From Tubulanus polymorphus (Eukaryota > Animalia > Nemertea), in NCBI RefSeq assembly GCF_964204645.1, contig NC_134025.1, positions 4,278,001 through 4,342,000 of the forward strand: a stretch of DNA of 64,000 nucleotides, given 5' to 3'. The notes beneath the pieces are model-generated. The model saw only the letters and a list, made by a program, of their open reading frames with translations, made no database searches and was not told the DNA's origin. This document shows positions 12,601 through 27,300 of the stretch, one piece after another. A program made the position numbers and the translations under genes. Numbering within the stretch: the stretch's first letter is position 1; every line of letters starts with the position of its first letter.

Positions 12601-14169
12601 TATTGGTTTAGGACTGATTTCTAAGTCTCGTAAACTACAACACTACTATGAAGAGGAACTTCTGTATGTGCCAGTAATGTATGATGATGAAGGCGAAGCT
12701 ATTCATCCAATCAGGTACAAAATCAAACTTCAATCTCATAATTTGTTATATTACCTATATTTGTACCTCTGTTTCATTATTTTCAGTAAGGAGAGAGCAT
12801 GGAAGCTATCACGCCTGCAGGAAGTTTGGCTAAATGTTATATTTTTCTTCTATTTGCCATTCCATCCATTTCATTACTTAGTCCACCTAGTAAAACACTG
12901 GTGGCAGAAACGTGAAACTGAAAAAACTTCGAAGGTAATTTTCATACCGAGTGCATTATTGCACGAAAGACTATAATTGCAATATATTTCACAATATAAT
13001 TCAAAGGTAATCACCCCGAAGAACAGTCACCCAGAATTGCGAATTAAGGCAAAAATTCCTGTTGAATTGACACCATTTCAAGCACTCATAACAAAACGTT
13101 TGTCACCGATGGATAAAGACGAAGTGAAGAAGAAATACAGAAAACATTTATCGCAATTGAGGGTAATTAGAGTTAGACTGCTTCATAGTTGTAGGATAAG
13201 ATATTGAAGTGTATGAAATGAAGCAATTAATATACTAGTATTTGTAATACAGACAGAAATGAGTGAGGAACGACCCGATGAACTGGAAACACTTGCAGAA
13301 AAACCAGCAACTTCAAATGTGAATCTCTTATCATCAGGTAAATTAAACACATTACTGTACACAATAAACAGCTATAACTATTATAGAGTATTTATTGACT
13401 TGTATGTCACAATGTTAATCATAATCATATATTTTCAGGATCAGATACAGATGGAAAAACAAAAGATGATAAAAGAAGGAAGAGAAAGAAGAAATCACCT
13501 CCACAATCAAAATCGAGTAGCAATTCTAGTTTAGGTGAGAAAATGGATCAAAATACAGACAGGCAACCATTGCACTAATGATTGCATACAGACAATACTG
13601 CGTATCATTTATCATCCGAGTATGACTGTAAAATCTACTAAATATTTCAGAGCAATTGATTCCTACGAGGAGAACTAGATCTTCATACGACGAACTCAAT
13701 AAGATAGTCGAACAAAAGAAATTAATCTATTACAATTTTACTCAGCCAAGTGCCTATTTACAGGTAAATAAATCCTGTACATCGCTCTCGAGTCATTGCG
13801 TATAAACACCTCAGTATTCCCTTATAGATTTGTGTTTCAAATTCAGGGTTGTGGACAAACTTTTAGTTTATGTGGATGTCTGAGAAGAGCAGGAGCAGCG
13901 TATCAGTTTGATCTAGACATAAATGTATTACAGGTATTGATTAAGGTTTGATTGACACAGTAATGATTGCTAGTGTTCAATGTGTTAATGCTCTAATGGT
14001 CTCTTTTCAGATTTATAAGAATGTTGACGGAGAGAGAACGGAATTAGAACAGACACTTCCAATCAACCCAGACGATTTTTTACAAACTATGGCAGCGGAA
14101 GATGTCATGCGTCATGTGACTTTGCAACCTTTATATCCATGTCTGAATAAAGTATTATTGTTACGATGA
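9614..14169 (+). CDS. HAP2: HAP2/GCS1 (hapless 2) class II gamete fusogen, about 20 exons
   Basis: Spliced product has a signal peptide (MVLHSIFFIYLFVCLHVLF; start 9614 inferred), YPF..NNKPYE, GFCCPCS..TRGGQDC, SAHCLKFHPVWY, the HAP2-GCS1 core DKDLFSFSGDQCNAIGVSHSAFVNQNQSC..SCLHNQPMDYWLED, a domain III-like segment (VDIMNRGLVSSTF), a Cys-rich stem (CICDGFCACKC), a TM helix (AVFLACLLLVVLWFGIV) and a basic cytoplasmic tail. Stop TGA 14167-14169. Confidence 0.93.
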
Positions 14170-15015
14170 TGCTTTGATTCCAGCAAGTTGTATAAACAGC
14201 TAAATGAACTACTTCGCATAATAATGATCCTGGCTTTTTCAAACTGTGATATAGAGTTGACTAAGTAAAAAATTGATTATGTGCGAATACCAGTACAATG
14301 TATTTTGAAATGTACAAAGGCTATAGTTGTATTTGAAAGCTTTTAGAGTTCATTGTTTTAATTTGATGCATTTGATTTGTTGCTGCATCTTAAACATACG
14401 ATGTATATATGTTTATCAGCGCATGGAATGTTATTTTTTGTTAAAGTTTATAAATAAATCTTTTCGTTATTTGAAAAAAATATTTAGATTTGTTCTTTTG
14501 TCATCAATCTGAAAAGCAGTCTACCTCCGAATAAAACACACATGGCAGGTTTTTGCCTTAAAATGGACGTAAGACGAGTTAAAAAATATTGCGAAATCTT
14601 TATTGGAAAACCTTCCATAATGACAAAATAGTACACGTACAAACCTAGGAATACAGCATCATTTCTAAAATCTCTGATAAATTCTGAACGTAATTCTTTC
14701 ACATATCTTTTTGGCTGACTAAGACTATAGATATACATTGTATAGTAGGAGGAATAATATAAATGAATTACCAGTTAGACATGATCAGGAGACTTCAAAC
14801 AAGTTGATATACATCTCATAGAATAGCTGACTAGCAAAATGAAATATGAACGCATATATATAAACTATTGAATAACACTTGATTAATTTCAACCCATGGA
14901 GAAAAATAATGTCTGTATTTTCTATAAAAAAATTTCATGAACCTACTTACATCATGAACAAATAAACAACTGTATTGTATCTATGTCGGAGAAATGTCAC
15001 ACAAACCTCCAGTCC

Positions 15016-18000
15016 TCAAATCAAATTTCTCTCTTTTACTTGATGATCGAGGGTATGCAGATGAATCATTAAGTCTCGAGGATGATAACATGTAACATTG
15101 CACAGTTCACAAACTATCGTTTCCTGTTCGGTTGATCTAAAAATATAAGATAATAATAACATAAACTTTTGCCTGAAATCTGTACTCCCTGTGATGAAAC
15201 GGTATTTGATCTAAATAAACTTGTTACAAGAGAGTTACGCAATTAACTTGTACACACCTGCCGGCTTTAGATCGTAACAGTTGCACATGTTCAATCATTC
15301 GTTTTTGATGATCAAATGGCGGTAGTTCAGGGGTATCGGGTTCTAGATTCAATACTGCACTATTGTGTAATTCAAGTAATACACGTGAATTAGCCGATTC
15401 ATCCGTAATACAATGCTCCAATACATCTTCATCTGGTATCTAAAAATACAGAAAAACATTGAACTCTTTCTATTCAAAACCAACGACTACTCAGAATATG
15501 TTGAACTGCTTACATGTCCCCACTGATATGGTCTTGTATATGGTGTTGGCTCAATATATTTCCTTTTTTTCTCCAATAAGCTATTATATCAGAAAAGAAG
15601 ACACATAGATGCATTAAAATGAATAGATTAACAATCTCATTATACAAAACTAAGTTGTACATACTTGATAATATTGCTTCGCACTTTTTTAGTAAGGAGA
15701 TCGATTGCGTCAGACGACCACTGAATGATAGGCTCTTGATGTCCAACAACGTAGTTGATTCCAATACGTACACCGTTAATCTAAAAAAAAATAATCCAAA
15801 CTGAATGAAACTTACGTAAAGAATGACTGAAGTTTTACTCGATTAGATCTTCATTGATTATCATACCTCGTTTATGTCATCTTGGTCAATTTCAACATCA
15901 AATGTGATCTCCATATCATGATCAGGAAGAGCTGAACCACCAGTTTCTGGATCAGCTCCAAGTCCACAAATTGCACCGATAAAACAAGTTTTCTCAGGAT
16001 TTCGTCTGCAAAGAGTATCATTGGTGTTTTAAAACTTAAAATCATGGATACAAACAGAGATTTCTATAGACTCATTAGAATACCTAATTTCCATAGTAGG
16101 TGAGAATATCATTGACATCAATGCAGGTAATCCTCTGATATTAGGCATGACTGTAGTATTTCGACAGATGAGTGTGTTTCCTGATGGATTCAATCCAACG
16201 TGTGCAGCAACCATTAACCTTTCGTGCGGATCTTGAGGTTCATCATCGATGCAAACAGAATTTACACTGTCTTGTTCTAGTCTTGTGACTCTAATTAAGC
16301 AAAGAATATATGAAATGTCAAAATCACTGGGTTTCATTTCAATTATTTTCAATGCCTTTATTGCGTCTTACCTAAATTTTCCCATGCATGTATATGAAGC
16401 GAAGCCGATCTCATATGGATTCCAAGGACCTGTTAACCTCACCTAAACATCATAGTTGATATATACGTGTTAACAAATGAACGTATACCTGATTCCTATA
16501 TTGGTATGTTAATATGTGTATTGTATATTCAATATCATTTATGGAACTACACATACCATTCCTTGCTTTTTACGTTTGATATTTTCATTCCCGATCTTTA
16601 ATTCCAGCCATTCGTCGTCTTGATCATCGGCATAGTTCAAATTGCTCGAATCTTTTTGTCTTTGTAGAAAACTTTGTTTCGACAAGAACGGTTCTTCGGC
16701 TTCTTCCGCCAGACGTTTTTTCTTCAATTCTTCGTTGATGTTTACTTCCCGTCCATCGGGTCTTCTCACAACTACTGTCACTCGTAACTTGTTGTTCATA
16801 ACTGAATAAACCTGTTTTGGAAAATTGGAATCGGTAGAATTGACGACGGACGTCGAGTTCTATAATACTTCACTATGTGGAATCTATTCATTACCTGAGC
16901 GATGACTCGAGTTTGACTCATGTAGACCTGTTCTTTAAAGAATTCGACAGCTTCTTTCGACCATTCTCCGTTGTTTGACCGGATACTTGACGGTCTCAGA
17001 CAAGCTAATTGACATTTTATAGCCTACAAATACAAGTACTACAGTATATACGAAATCTCACGCTTTCAAAGCTGGAACTGGAAACAAGTTAACAACAAAC
17101 CTGGAATGGCCATTCTGGCGTTAATAGAAAATCAGGGATGCTTGCCAATTCATTGATCCGTGCGGTACTTGTATTACCATAATCAACGAAAAATACCTAC
17201 AATGATACAATGATATATTCTCCAACCATCAGAAACAGATACTGTTACGTACATCTAAAATCAATGCATTACTTACAACAGCCAAATGGATCAGTTCTCT
17301 TGTACGTTCTTGCTCGATCTGTTTTAATTCTACTATCCGAGCTCGGTAATATCCCCTCACACCATCCTCTTCAAATGGAGCTAAACACAAAGTGCCAACA
17401 CCAATATTCTTCGGTGGTACCTGCCGATTTTAAAGTACCGTTTAAGAAATCTTTAAACATGGTTTTACTTGACAAGGCAACTAGATTGAGACATTTTATA
17501 TTTATTTCACTTACAGCATTTCCCTGAGCCATGTAGCTTTCAATAAGCTTCTGCATATCATCCAACTGTAGACTGTTGTCAAAATAGAATGCCCAAAAGT
17601 GACCGCAAGTGACAATCTGAAATATACACACAGTTATCTCGGTACAAGAAGACTGTTTAAGTTCATGCATCAAAGAAAAGATATATCTGATTCGATTTTC
17701 AGTTGTATAACTTACATGTGAAACAACAACTGGAACAGCAGTTATAGTAGGGCGTGGTAATGCTACCTGGTTATACGCACTATTGTTTACATTTACAGTT
17801 CGAATGCTGGAAAAAATGATTAAAATTAGGATCTACATAATGAATAAACGATCACTTCACATGAGATTATAATACATCATACTTTAACATACCGATTTGT
17901 TCTTAATCGACGTCCACCAATACTAGACGGACCACTAGCTGAATCTAATTGTTGTAAAGTCAGCGTTTCAAACCTCTGTCTGACCGCGTCGGGATCTAAC

Positions 18001-21000
18001 ATGGGCATATTCAGACCTCTTTCACACTGCCTGTTAATGAATCATTATGTAAACAATAAATACTCAAAACAATATCACTTCCACAGATGTTCACAAACTC
18101 GATGAAAAATTGTATAGATTTGTATAGATACCTTACTTTCACAGCTAAATAAACGGCTTTCAATGCTCTTACAGTGCCAGTTTCATTACCACTAGGCTCA
18201 AATTCTATATATGCCCTGTACATCAATTAGAATAAAGTTCTACAGTTGATATCACATACATGTCTTAAATGTCATTTAGATTTCGTCTATTACGTACCTA
18301 CTATCTTCGAACGAAATGCTTTTTATTTTACCGCATTTGTATCTGTTTTGAAATACGTTTTCAATTTGGTGACGATAGAGTGCGCCCTGGTTTTGAGGTA
18401 GTCCTTTCATCTACAACAGTAATTTAGAAGCTAGGAAATCGAGTATCTAGAAGGAATATTATCACAAGACGAAATATAACATAGGAATAAATGAACGAAC
18501 CATTACAGATGTGAATGGATCATTTCCAGATAGTTCCTTCACAGCTTCTGCTTCATTGACTGGTATTCTAACAAAATAGTTCGGATAGAATGCACCGCAT
18601 AGAACAATCTAAAATAGACAATCACCAATGAACCAAAAAATACTAGGACAAAATACATAATCTAAAGCATAATTGTTTGCATTATATACCTTCAACATGA
18701 GTTCATCTTCCTGAGGATTAGGCACTCTGTTTGGACGGTTTGGAGGAAGAGTAATCTTGAATGCCGAAAGTCTGTTCGTCAATTCTTTAATCAAATCTTC
18801 AACCTAAGTATGTAAAGTACGTACAGAATTTTTCATAGATGAATGAGGCTCACCGAGTTTACTTAATGAAGAATTATTCACGTCTATACCTCCCTGAGAC
18901 GTCGTATTTGTAAATACCAGTCTCTACACCAGGCTCGTTCAGATCTAACTCCGCCACGTCGGAACTTTCCCTGTCTTTTGTTCTGCTCCCAAGTCTATCA
19001 AGAAATAAAACAAGTTTCAGTCAATAACTAATCGTACAGAAAAACACATGAATACGCATCACACGAACGTACCACATAAGCATTCTTCATGGCAAAACAA
19101 TCGCTATATGTCCATCTAGACCAGCCCACTTTATACCTACATAATAAGTTATTGTTGACATATTTGTTGTGTTTTTATGGGTTAAAGATAAAAAGTTTTG
19201 ATATGAAATAACATTTTCTTACCCATATGCGGAGAACTTTTCCTTAAACGGAGTTTGGAAAAAGGATGGTAGAGACAGACAGGCACCTAAATATACAGGG
19301 GGAATTTCAGATTGAAATATCCAGCAGTTATAACAGATACATGCATAGAACAGATATTCATCATACAGATATTCATCATACAGATTACACGGTATAGGTT
19401 TTTACCAATTATGAGACAATCCTCCAGCACACCAAAAATGTATCCGAGAATAAGCATTCTTCCGACATGTATATCGACAGGGAGAGAGGCGAGAACATTA
19501 CCGATAAATGTCAAATCTCCATCATGTGGATTCATTTGTCCTGATCTATGAGTTGTCAATGCTGCCACCTAAAATTACAGAATACATCAATCATAATTTC
19601 GACGTGACATTTTCAAGAAACAGGAATTAATATTAATCAACTCTTAATTCTAACCTCTTTCAGCATCAGGATAGTTCTTTCAATATCATCGAGTGGAGGT
19701 GGGGATAATGCAAGTGCAAACAACGCTTTCGGTTCTCCCATATTCAACTTCTTACACTTCAATATAACTTGTTCAAGCGGACAACGCTATAAAGATTCAA
19801 CAATCATTATCAGAAATTCAACACGAAAGAAATCCTTAGTAAGAGAATAATGATAAATTCGATGACTTACGAGCATTTCAGGAGTTCCATAATCGGGTAA
19901 TTCTTCGTAGAAATATCTAGTAACCATGCGATACACTCGACCACTGGTAACACGACCAGCTCTTCCTAAATACGACAACATCGTCAGTGAACGTGTCACT
20001 ATAGCATTTACAGCTCGGTAAGATTCTGAAACACACTTTACCTTTTCTCTGTAAACAATTTGCTTTTGCTGCCCATGTAACGATTAGACTAGTAATATTA
20101 GTGTCGGGATCACACCACAACACCTTCGTTAAACAGAAATCTATCACTGTAAAGATAAGGATAAGGCAAATATACTTGTAGATTGTAACAGGAAATTTTT
20201 GTAATTCATCAAACTTTTCGGATGAGAAATAAATGCTTCTGTTTACCATATTTGATATCCGGTACAGTAATGGAACTTTCAGCAATATTTGTGGACAAGA
20301 TGATTTTTCTCATTCCGGGTTCTGGAGGCAAAAACACTTGAGCTTGTTCTTCAAGTGTTATAGACGAATGCAATGGAAGCAACATCAAACTAGATATATA
20401 TCATAAATCATTGAATTATTAGTTGACTTTACTCATGTTTATGTATTGAGTATTGATATGATCACATACTTGAACTCCTCTTTATATTGGTTTAAATTAT
20501 CCATTACTTCAGAGATCTCGGCGAAACCTAACAACAAAACACACCATCAAATCAGAGTTAATCACCGATACAAGATTATGACTTTTGCGCATTGAAATTC
20601 ATTTGTTCTTACCAGGTAAGAATATCAACACGGTGCCTCTTTTTGGAGATAGACTATTATCATTCTTCATTATTCTAAAAATATATATGATACAATGTTA
20701 CTAAGCGATAAACCCCATATCACAATGTAGAAATACTGATTAGATACGCATTCGTTTTACACACCCTAATTCCTGTTTTTCCAGTTTATCAAAATGAGTG
20801 ATTAATTTCCCAGCTAATTCAACAGATATACTGTTTAAAGATGGTTTGTCCATGCTTGGGTCTGCAGGTAACTATAATTAAACAAAAAAGCACCACATTT
20901 ATATGAATTTTTGAGTACATATCAACAGTTTCATCATCCTTGATAGAATAAACATACTTCACCGAGTGACTTTAAATTTTCGATGTAGTATTCACCGACA

Positions 21001-23140
21001 TTATAGATCTTTCCTTCCACATCGACAACTGGGGCAGGTTCGAGTGAGTTTCCGACTGGAACGCCGAAATAATCAGCAAACAAAGCAGCATTGATTGTAG
21101 CAGACATGAGAATAACCTGAAACATAAACCAGTAACATCTCATGACTTAAACTCTTCACCTGCTGCGATCTTAAGAGGACTAAATCTTTAAATTACCTTG
21201 ACGTGTTTCGAGTTTTCTCTCAACAACTTCCTTACGACGAGAAGCGAAAAATCAGTGTCTTGATCTCGTTCATGAACCTAAAATCCATGAGTGAAAGATG
21301 TAAAATGACGAGAGATTTAGCAAAATTATATTCTCTTTGTTCTCTGTACGAGTCGATATCGCCGTATCTTCATGGCTTGGTGAATAAGGCAGGTGATGGG
21401 TTTGAATCCTGTGCTATTCGGTCTGGACATATGTCAGTATTCTCCGACTCACTGATCTTACAAGTCATACGTAGACAGTTCCATGAATCTTCAACTGGAT
21501 GAAGGAAGGGCAGAAGGGCAGCGGAAGAAGAAGCGAAATGTGCAAACCTCATCAAGAATAACATGCGTATATTGAAGCATGTTTTTAGTGTTAATCAGTT
21601 TTTCCAGAAGAACTCCCGTCGTCACGTAAAGAATTCTAGTGTCGTCGCAACCAACTCGATCACGAGCAACCTAAAAAAATACAACGGTCAATTTTTCAAC
21701 GCAAATCACAGCAGTTTGGTTGTAAACAAATAAAGACGAATTAAATGAAACATCTAACTATACCTGATAACCACATATTCCGCCAATATTCCAATGTCTC
21801 TCTGAACACACGCGTTTAGCGATACTCATCGCCGCTATTCGTCTCGGTTGAGTAACTATGATGTTACAGTATTTGTTTTCGAGAGCGTAATAATCGAGAA
21901 TATACTGCGGCACTTGCGTAGTTTTACCGCTTCCAGTAGATCCTTGAATTACAGTTACAGGATTGCTTTCGATTGTATGGATAATCTGAAAAGCGGATTC
22001 ATATCATAGTTCATCGACATTAATCTCAATGAAAGAAGTGTGGTCCAACAAGGTGAATACTTTCCCCCCTTTTACAAACGCCCTTCGTTTTCCCTGATTT
22101 TTCCATTTGATAATGCGAAATTCTCTGAGTGAGTCGGAGAAATTTTTTGGTTTAAACCGTTACTATTCATTCAATTTTTCATTGAATCACGTACTGCTTA
22201 AGAAACATGAGGTCAATAGCATTAGGCATTCTCAAATTCCCTGGGTTTTCCATGTTTTACGTAAAATTTGTTCTCTAGTTTTTCAGTGGCCACCCCGTCT
22301 TAATTAGTGACCAACATCTTACAGACCATTCGGTCACCACGCATCTCATAGAACATTCAATAACTCACCTCATCATGGAACTGAGTTATTGGCAGCTTTT
22401 TGTCATAAACCGTGTCAAAATCATATTCCTTGTAGACATCGTTGTTCTGTTCTCGTAAGGAATCTAGAGTCGCTACGCTACCGCTGATATAACTAGCAGT
22501 TTCTATCTCGTCCATTTTTGTTGATGCAGAAACTACTGTAGCCGTGTCATCGTCTTCTTCGGGTATATCATCCTAAATTCAAAAATCAAATCAACTTTAT
22601 TATCAACAGGTTCGTATTCAATTAAGAGGTGACAGCTTTATGTTGAATACAATATAAACCTTGTGTCTCAAAGATTCGAGATACTTTTCTTGGTAGTAAG
22701 CAGCATAATCAACTGGTCCATTTACACGGGTATGTCTGGAATTTACACGGAAAAAATTTTTCTTCATTTGGAAATATTAATCCTCACAATCAGAGATAGA
22801 TGATATAACTAAACAGTTCAATGTAGGCCTTGGGGTAAGACAAGACAGGGACAGAGTACCAAAGCGGCGCACTGGTCTGAGGGAGTTCCACTGAGGTGAA
22901 GATGATAAGACAAATTTTTGTTCATTGAATTGGGCCAGGGCCAAGGGTTAATTAACTTGCGTACATTTTGTATGCTGGAGCAATGGGTTTATAGACCTCA
23001 GGATCACATGGCTGGCCTTTCTCGTCTAAGGGTTTGCCACCAGAAACACTGCGACTGTGAGTTTCTGCTTTCACTGTTTTCCCAATTGCAAACCAGTCGT
23101 CTATTTGTTCAAGTGTCAGATCTTGCACAGTGCGACTCAT
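15016..23140 (-). CDS. TDRD9: ATP-dependent RNA helicase TDRD9/spindle-E (piRNA pathway), multi-exon
   Basis: N-terminus [16 protein letters not shown]; Walker [10 protein letters not shown]; ILDE|VHER; MSAT; QRKGRAGR; HA2 segment [14 protein letters not shown]; Tudor region; C-terminal CELC..H..H zinc finger; stop at 15016-15018. Confidence 0.96.
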
Positions 23141-24362
23141 TTTTGTTAATGAGTTACTGAATGACGCGTGGATAGATCTTATCTATCTCTAATTAGTGGC
23201 ATTCAAGAAGTTCACACGAGATAAACTAATAAAGCATCAGGAATCGAATCTTCCTTTCAGTTTAATTGACAGTTAGTTCCAGTACACGAGGGCCACATAT
23301 TCCATGTGAAAGCCATATAGTCGACGCATGCGTATTGCATATTTTCCGCCTATGTCGATTTGGATTTAACTTGAAAATCTGCCAGCACTTCACAGGGACT
23401 GGTAGTGGCAGCACTTGCCGATCTCTTCACCATTGGGCATTTTGTATCGGACAGTGACCGAAATCTATCATGCAAGATGTTATTCCTCAAAACAAATGAA
23501 ACAAGACCAAGAAAAAGAATTTGATTTAACTTTTTGGAATTTTATTAAATGAAAACTAGTAATAATACTACTCCATATACAGATCATTATTTACATAAAT
23601 TACAGTTTTTCTGTTTCGTCAGTTCAAACAAATTCTTCATATATAACGATATATCTTAGGTTATAAGAGAAAAAAACATATAAAATTCACAGACGAGGTC
23701 GTCGATCAGTTACAAACTTTCCTCATTTTGTGACCCAACTTGAAACAACAAAATGTTTCCTATCGAAATATTCGAAAACCGAAATGTGTAGAAATCAAAA
23801 TCGTTTCTACAATTATTCATTTAAGAGAAAGCAAATTAAAAACCATGAGGTCAGTTTCAGCTTTTTCCAGCCCAGGTATTTTTTAATAATAAATTGAATG
23901 CAATTCATTTGCGATCTAACAAAAATTGAAGGTAAGCCCACACATTTTTGTTACAGGCAAAATCAAGGATTTAACTGTAAATTACTCAAGTTACAAAAAC
24001 TTCACAAGTAAATTACTCAAAGTTACAAAAACTTTATCAGTACTGTCAGGAAATACTAATCAGCGTTTTATGAAAGCAAACTAATTAGCAGTGGTATAAA
24101 ACAGTGCACACTACACTAATAACTAATAATCTGTATCACAGATTTTATATAAATTACATGTACAAAAATACTTCGTTTAATTACTTATTTTTGATACAAC
24201 AATCCGATACATATCGATCGATATATCATTGATGCTAACTTAGTTGAAAAAATATCAACATTTAACAATGTCTTTAGAAATTCAAAGTTATCACAAATTG
24301 TGTCTATATCAATCAGATTGTCGGAATCCGTTTGTTCATTTGATCGATGAAACAGAAAAGAT

Positions 24363-27300
24363 TTACGGCGTTATAACATCTTCCATATAATCGAATCCAC
24401 CCGTACTGTTCACTGATATTGATTTATCCGTCGTAAGGTCATCAAACTAAAATGGAACAACAATAACATACACGTATTTATCAATCTATAACCGTTTGAT
24501 CGAAGGGTGGCCACTTTCTGCCCATTCACAAATCACCTGAGTTTTCCCTTATTTTCCATGTGATTACACAAAATTCCCCGAGTGAATCAGAGAAATTTCT
24601 AGGTTTAAGATGTTACAATTGATTTATCTTTTATTGTATCATATATTGAGGAGTAAACATGTGGGCCCAGTTTCACGAAAAAGTTTAAGCCTGAAACGGT
24701 TAAGTTGGAATTGTTGTCCTTATTGAAAACATGATGTAACCAATGGCAATTACACCAAACATTTGAGTTTAACTTTTTTGTGAAACTGAGCCCTGGTCAA
24801 TAGAATTATCTGAATTTCCCGAGTTTTCCTGGTAAAATTTGTCAAATTCTCTGAGTTTCCCTGATTTTTCCAGGTCAGCGGCAACCTGCTACAGATTATT
24901 CATGCTTTATTCTATTACGTTATATATTCTCAAGCAATGTGCATGTAGGGCTGATAACTGGAATCGATAAGACTGAATTATATACTTATGAAGCTCAGAT
25001 CTTACCCCGCTATTGCTACTTTTAAGCAGATCATCAGCTCCAGACAGATCTTCATCAACCTCCTCGTCTATCTCTTCAGCAATACTTAATGTCTTTTGTT
25101 CAGATTTTTCTGACCGTGCACTTAATTTGCTCATGCTAGGTGGAGAAAACAAGATACGTAGAGGTATAAAACAGCGAGAATAGCTGAATGGATAAGAACA
25201 TTCAAACATCCAAGCAGGCAATACATGCAGTTTCTGGCAAAAGCTACTTACCCAGAGCTCATGAAATCTTCTTCATAGTCGTCATCGTCGGGAACATCTT
25301 AAAACATATCAATATCATACAACATATATAGCACTGACCTTAGATAGGGCATACAGTAGTTCCGATTTTAGAAAACTATATTTACCAAATCCTAAATCAG
25401 CTATTTTCTTATCAATGGCCTTAATATCTTTTTCAAGATCCGATTGTTTCCCTTTATCTGAAAAGAAAATAGAATCCCTATTGATTATAGACCTAGAGAG
25501 CTGACTCCATTGTGTGTGTGCTTCTCATTAATCAGAGGAATCCTACCATTTGATGATAATCCCGGTAAAGGAGGCACGTCTTTCAATGAACCGAGACCAC
25601 CAACACCACGTCGATCATTTAAGGACGGAAGATCGTTCAAGGAAGTTAAGTTCCCAGAATTTTGTTTGGCAGCAGTAGCGGGTGCAGGTTTATCGTGTGT
25701 CAACGAAGATCCAGTCTTTTCTTTTTTATCACTGTCAAATAGAACAAATTTTCCTCAAATCAGATCAAAACATCCTTCATAATCAAGTTACATCATCGGT
25801 TTGTTCCTGCAATAAGCGTGAACGTACGTCCATTATACATGTGCCATTGTTAAGAATTTATGAAGGAATACATGATATATCTACGGATATACTGTCTATC
25901 CTATTCTAAAGATCACAATCTAATTGTATGTTGTTTTTTTTACCTCACTACATATTAGCTACCGATACTAGTCATTTATGTTTTGAAAAGTCAGAAGATG
26001 AAGGAGAATTGATGAAACAGAGAAGGAAAAATGGATTCTTTAAATAACAAACTGGTATTATCTACTGGTATTTAGTTTTACAATCTTTTACACTTTAACT
26101 TTAACTATGACAAAAAGCAGCGTAGGTTAGTGATTAGAATATTAATCAACACTATATATAATCATCTACACAAAAAACAGCAATCTATTCTTAAGCATTT
26201 GCAAGGAAAGACAGAGGAAATAAAATCTGAGGATCTGATCATATGAAATTGAAAAAAGATCTAAAGCGAAAAGCATGAAATCTGCACTAAATTTAGTAGT
26301 GGTGGTAACCTACAATTTTAAATTCTTGATTAATTTCCTCTTTGAGCTATATGATAATTTGAGAAAAATTACAAACAATTATTAGTTTAATCACATATTT
26401 TTGAGAAAGATTACATACTACACACAGCTCTATCATTAAAATCCATTCTCAGTTAGTATTAGATATTTGATAACTAATCATTCATTAATTTACTTGACAT
26501 TTCCCGATTAATAATACAAATATATCCTTGAATAAGGACGTTTAAAATCGATTTTGCTACTTGGGAATTAAAAGTCCCATCACCATGCGTTGATTACCTG
26601 GCTCCAAAAGTGAATTTTGGAATCTGAGAAGGCTTTGGTGAATTCGGACTTCGTGGCGGATTCAATTTATTCTGTTTTCTTTTTTAATGATTAAACAGAA
26701 AACAGTTATTAAGAGACGGAATTGAAAATGCCTACTTGAATAAATGCCATCTTGTGATAGAACAACAAACAAAGATCAACCAACACCTCAAGAAAAGATC
26801 AAAGGCAAAAAATGACTAAACAATAAGCATCATTTGAATCTGTAGTCCCCGCATATTGACATATCTTACAATAATAATGACATAAGTTACAAGAATAAAC
26901 ATCGCTCTGTTAGTTCTCGATAAATAAAGCTCAGAATAGCAGCATTATAAAGCACGTTTTAAACAAACAAAGCATTAGTCTTGCCTGTATTATAGAATAC
27001 ATATTGTGTAGAAGTTGTACATCGTCAGGCCAAAGCAAAATATTGAACGGCAAAGATTATATTACAGCGCATTTCTCTCCCACTGCCTTTACAACAATAA
27101 GTCATAAGGCTTGGATAGAATAAACCATTCTATACGTAGACAGGAAAGATGTGAAGTCAACATACCTTACTAACGGTTTTGATTTATCAGTTATTGGTAA
27201 TGGATCGTCGAAGAATGGATCATCCTCCGGTTCACTGCCGAGTACGTCTGCTAAAGCTGCCGATCCATTCGTTTGTTTCTCCGATATCGACGAGCGTTCT

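Noticed and set aside
13535-13570. Possible GC-AG donor in HAP2 (acag|gcaacc)
   Set aside because: A canonical donor (ttag|gtgaga) ~30 nt upstream gives the correct phase for the next exon.
21238-21548. ORFs and a possible 24-nt microexon in the TDRD9 intron that splits DE|VH
   Set aside because: No recognisable homology, and inclusion would break the helicase motif II; no support without RNA data.
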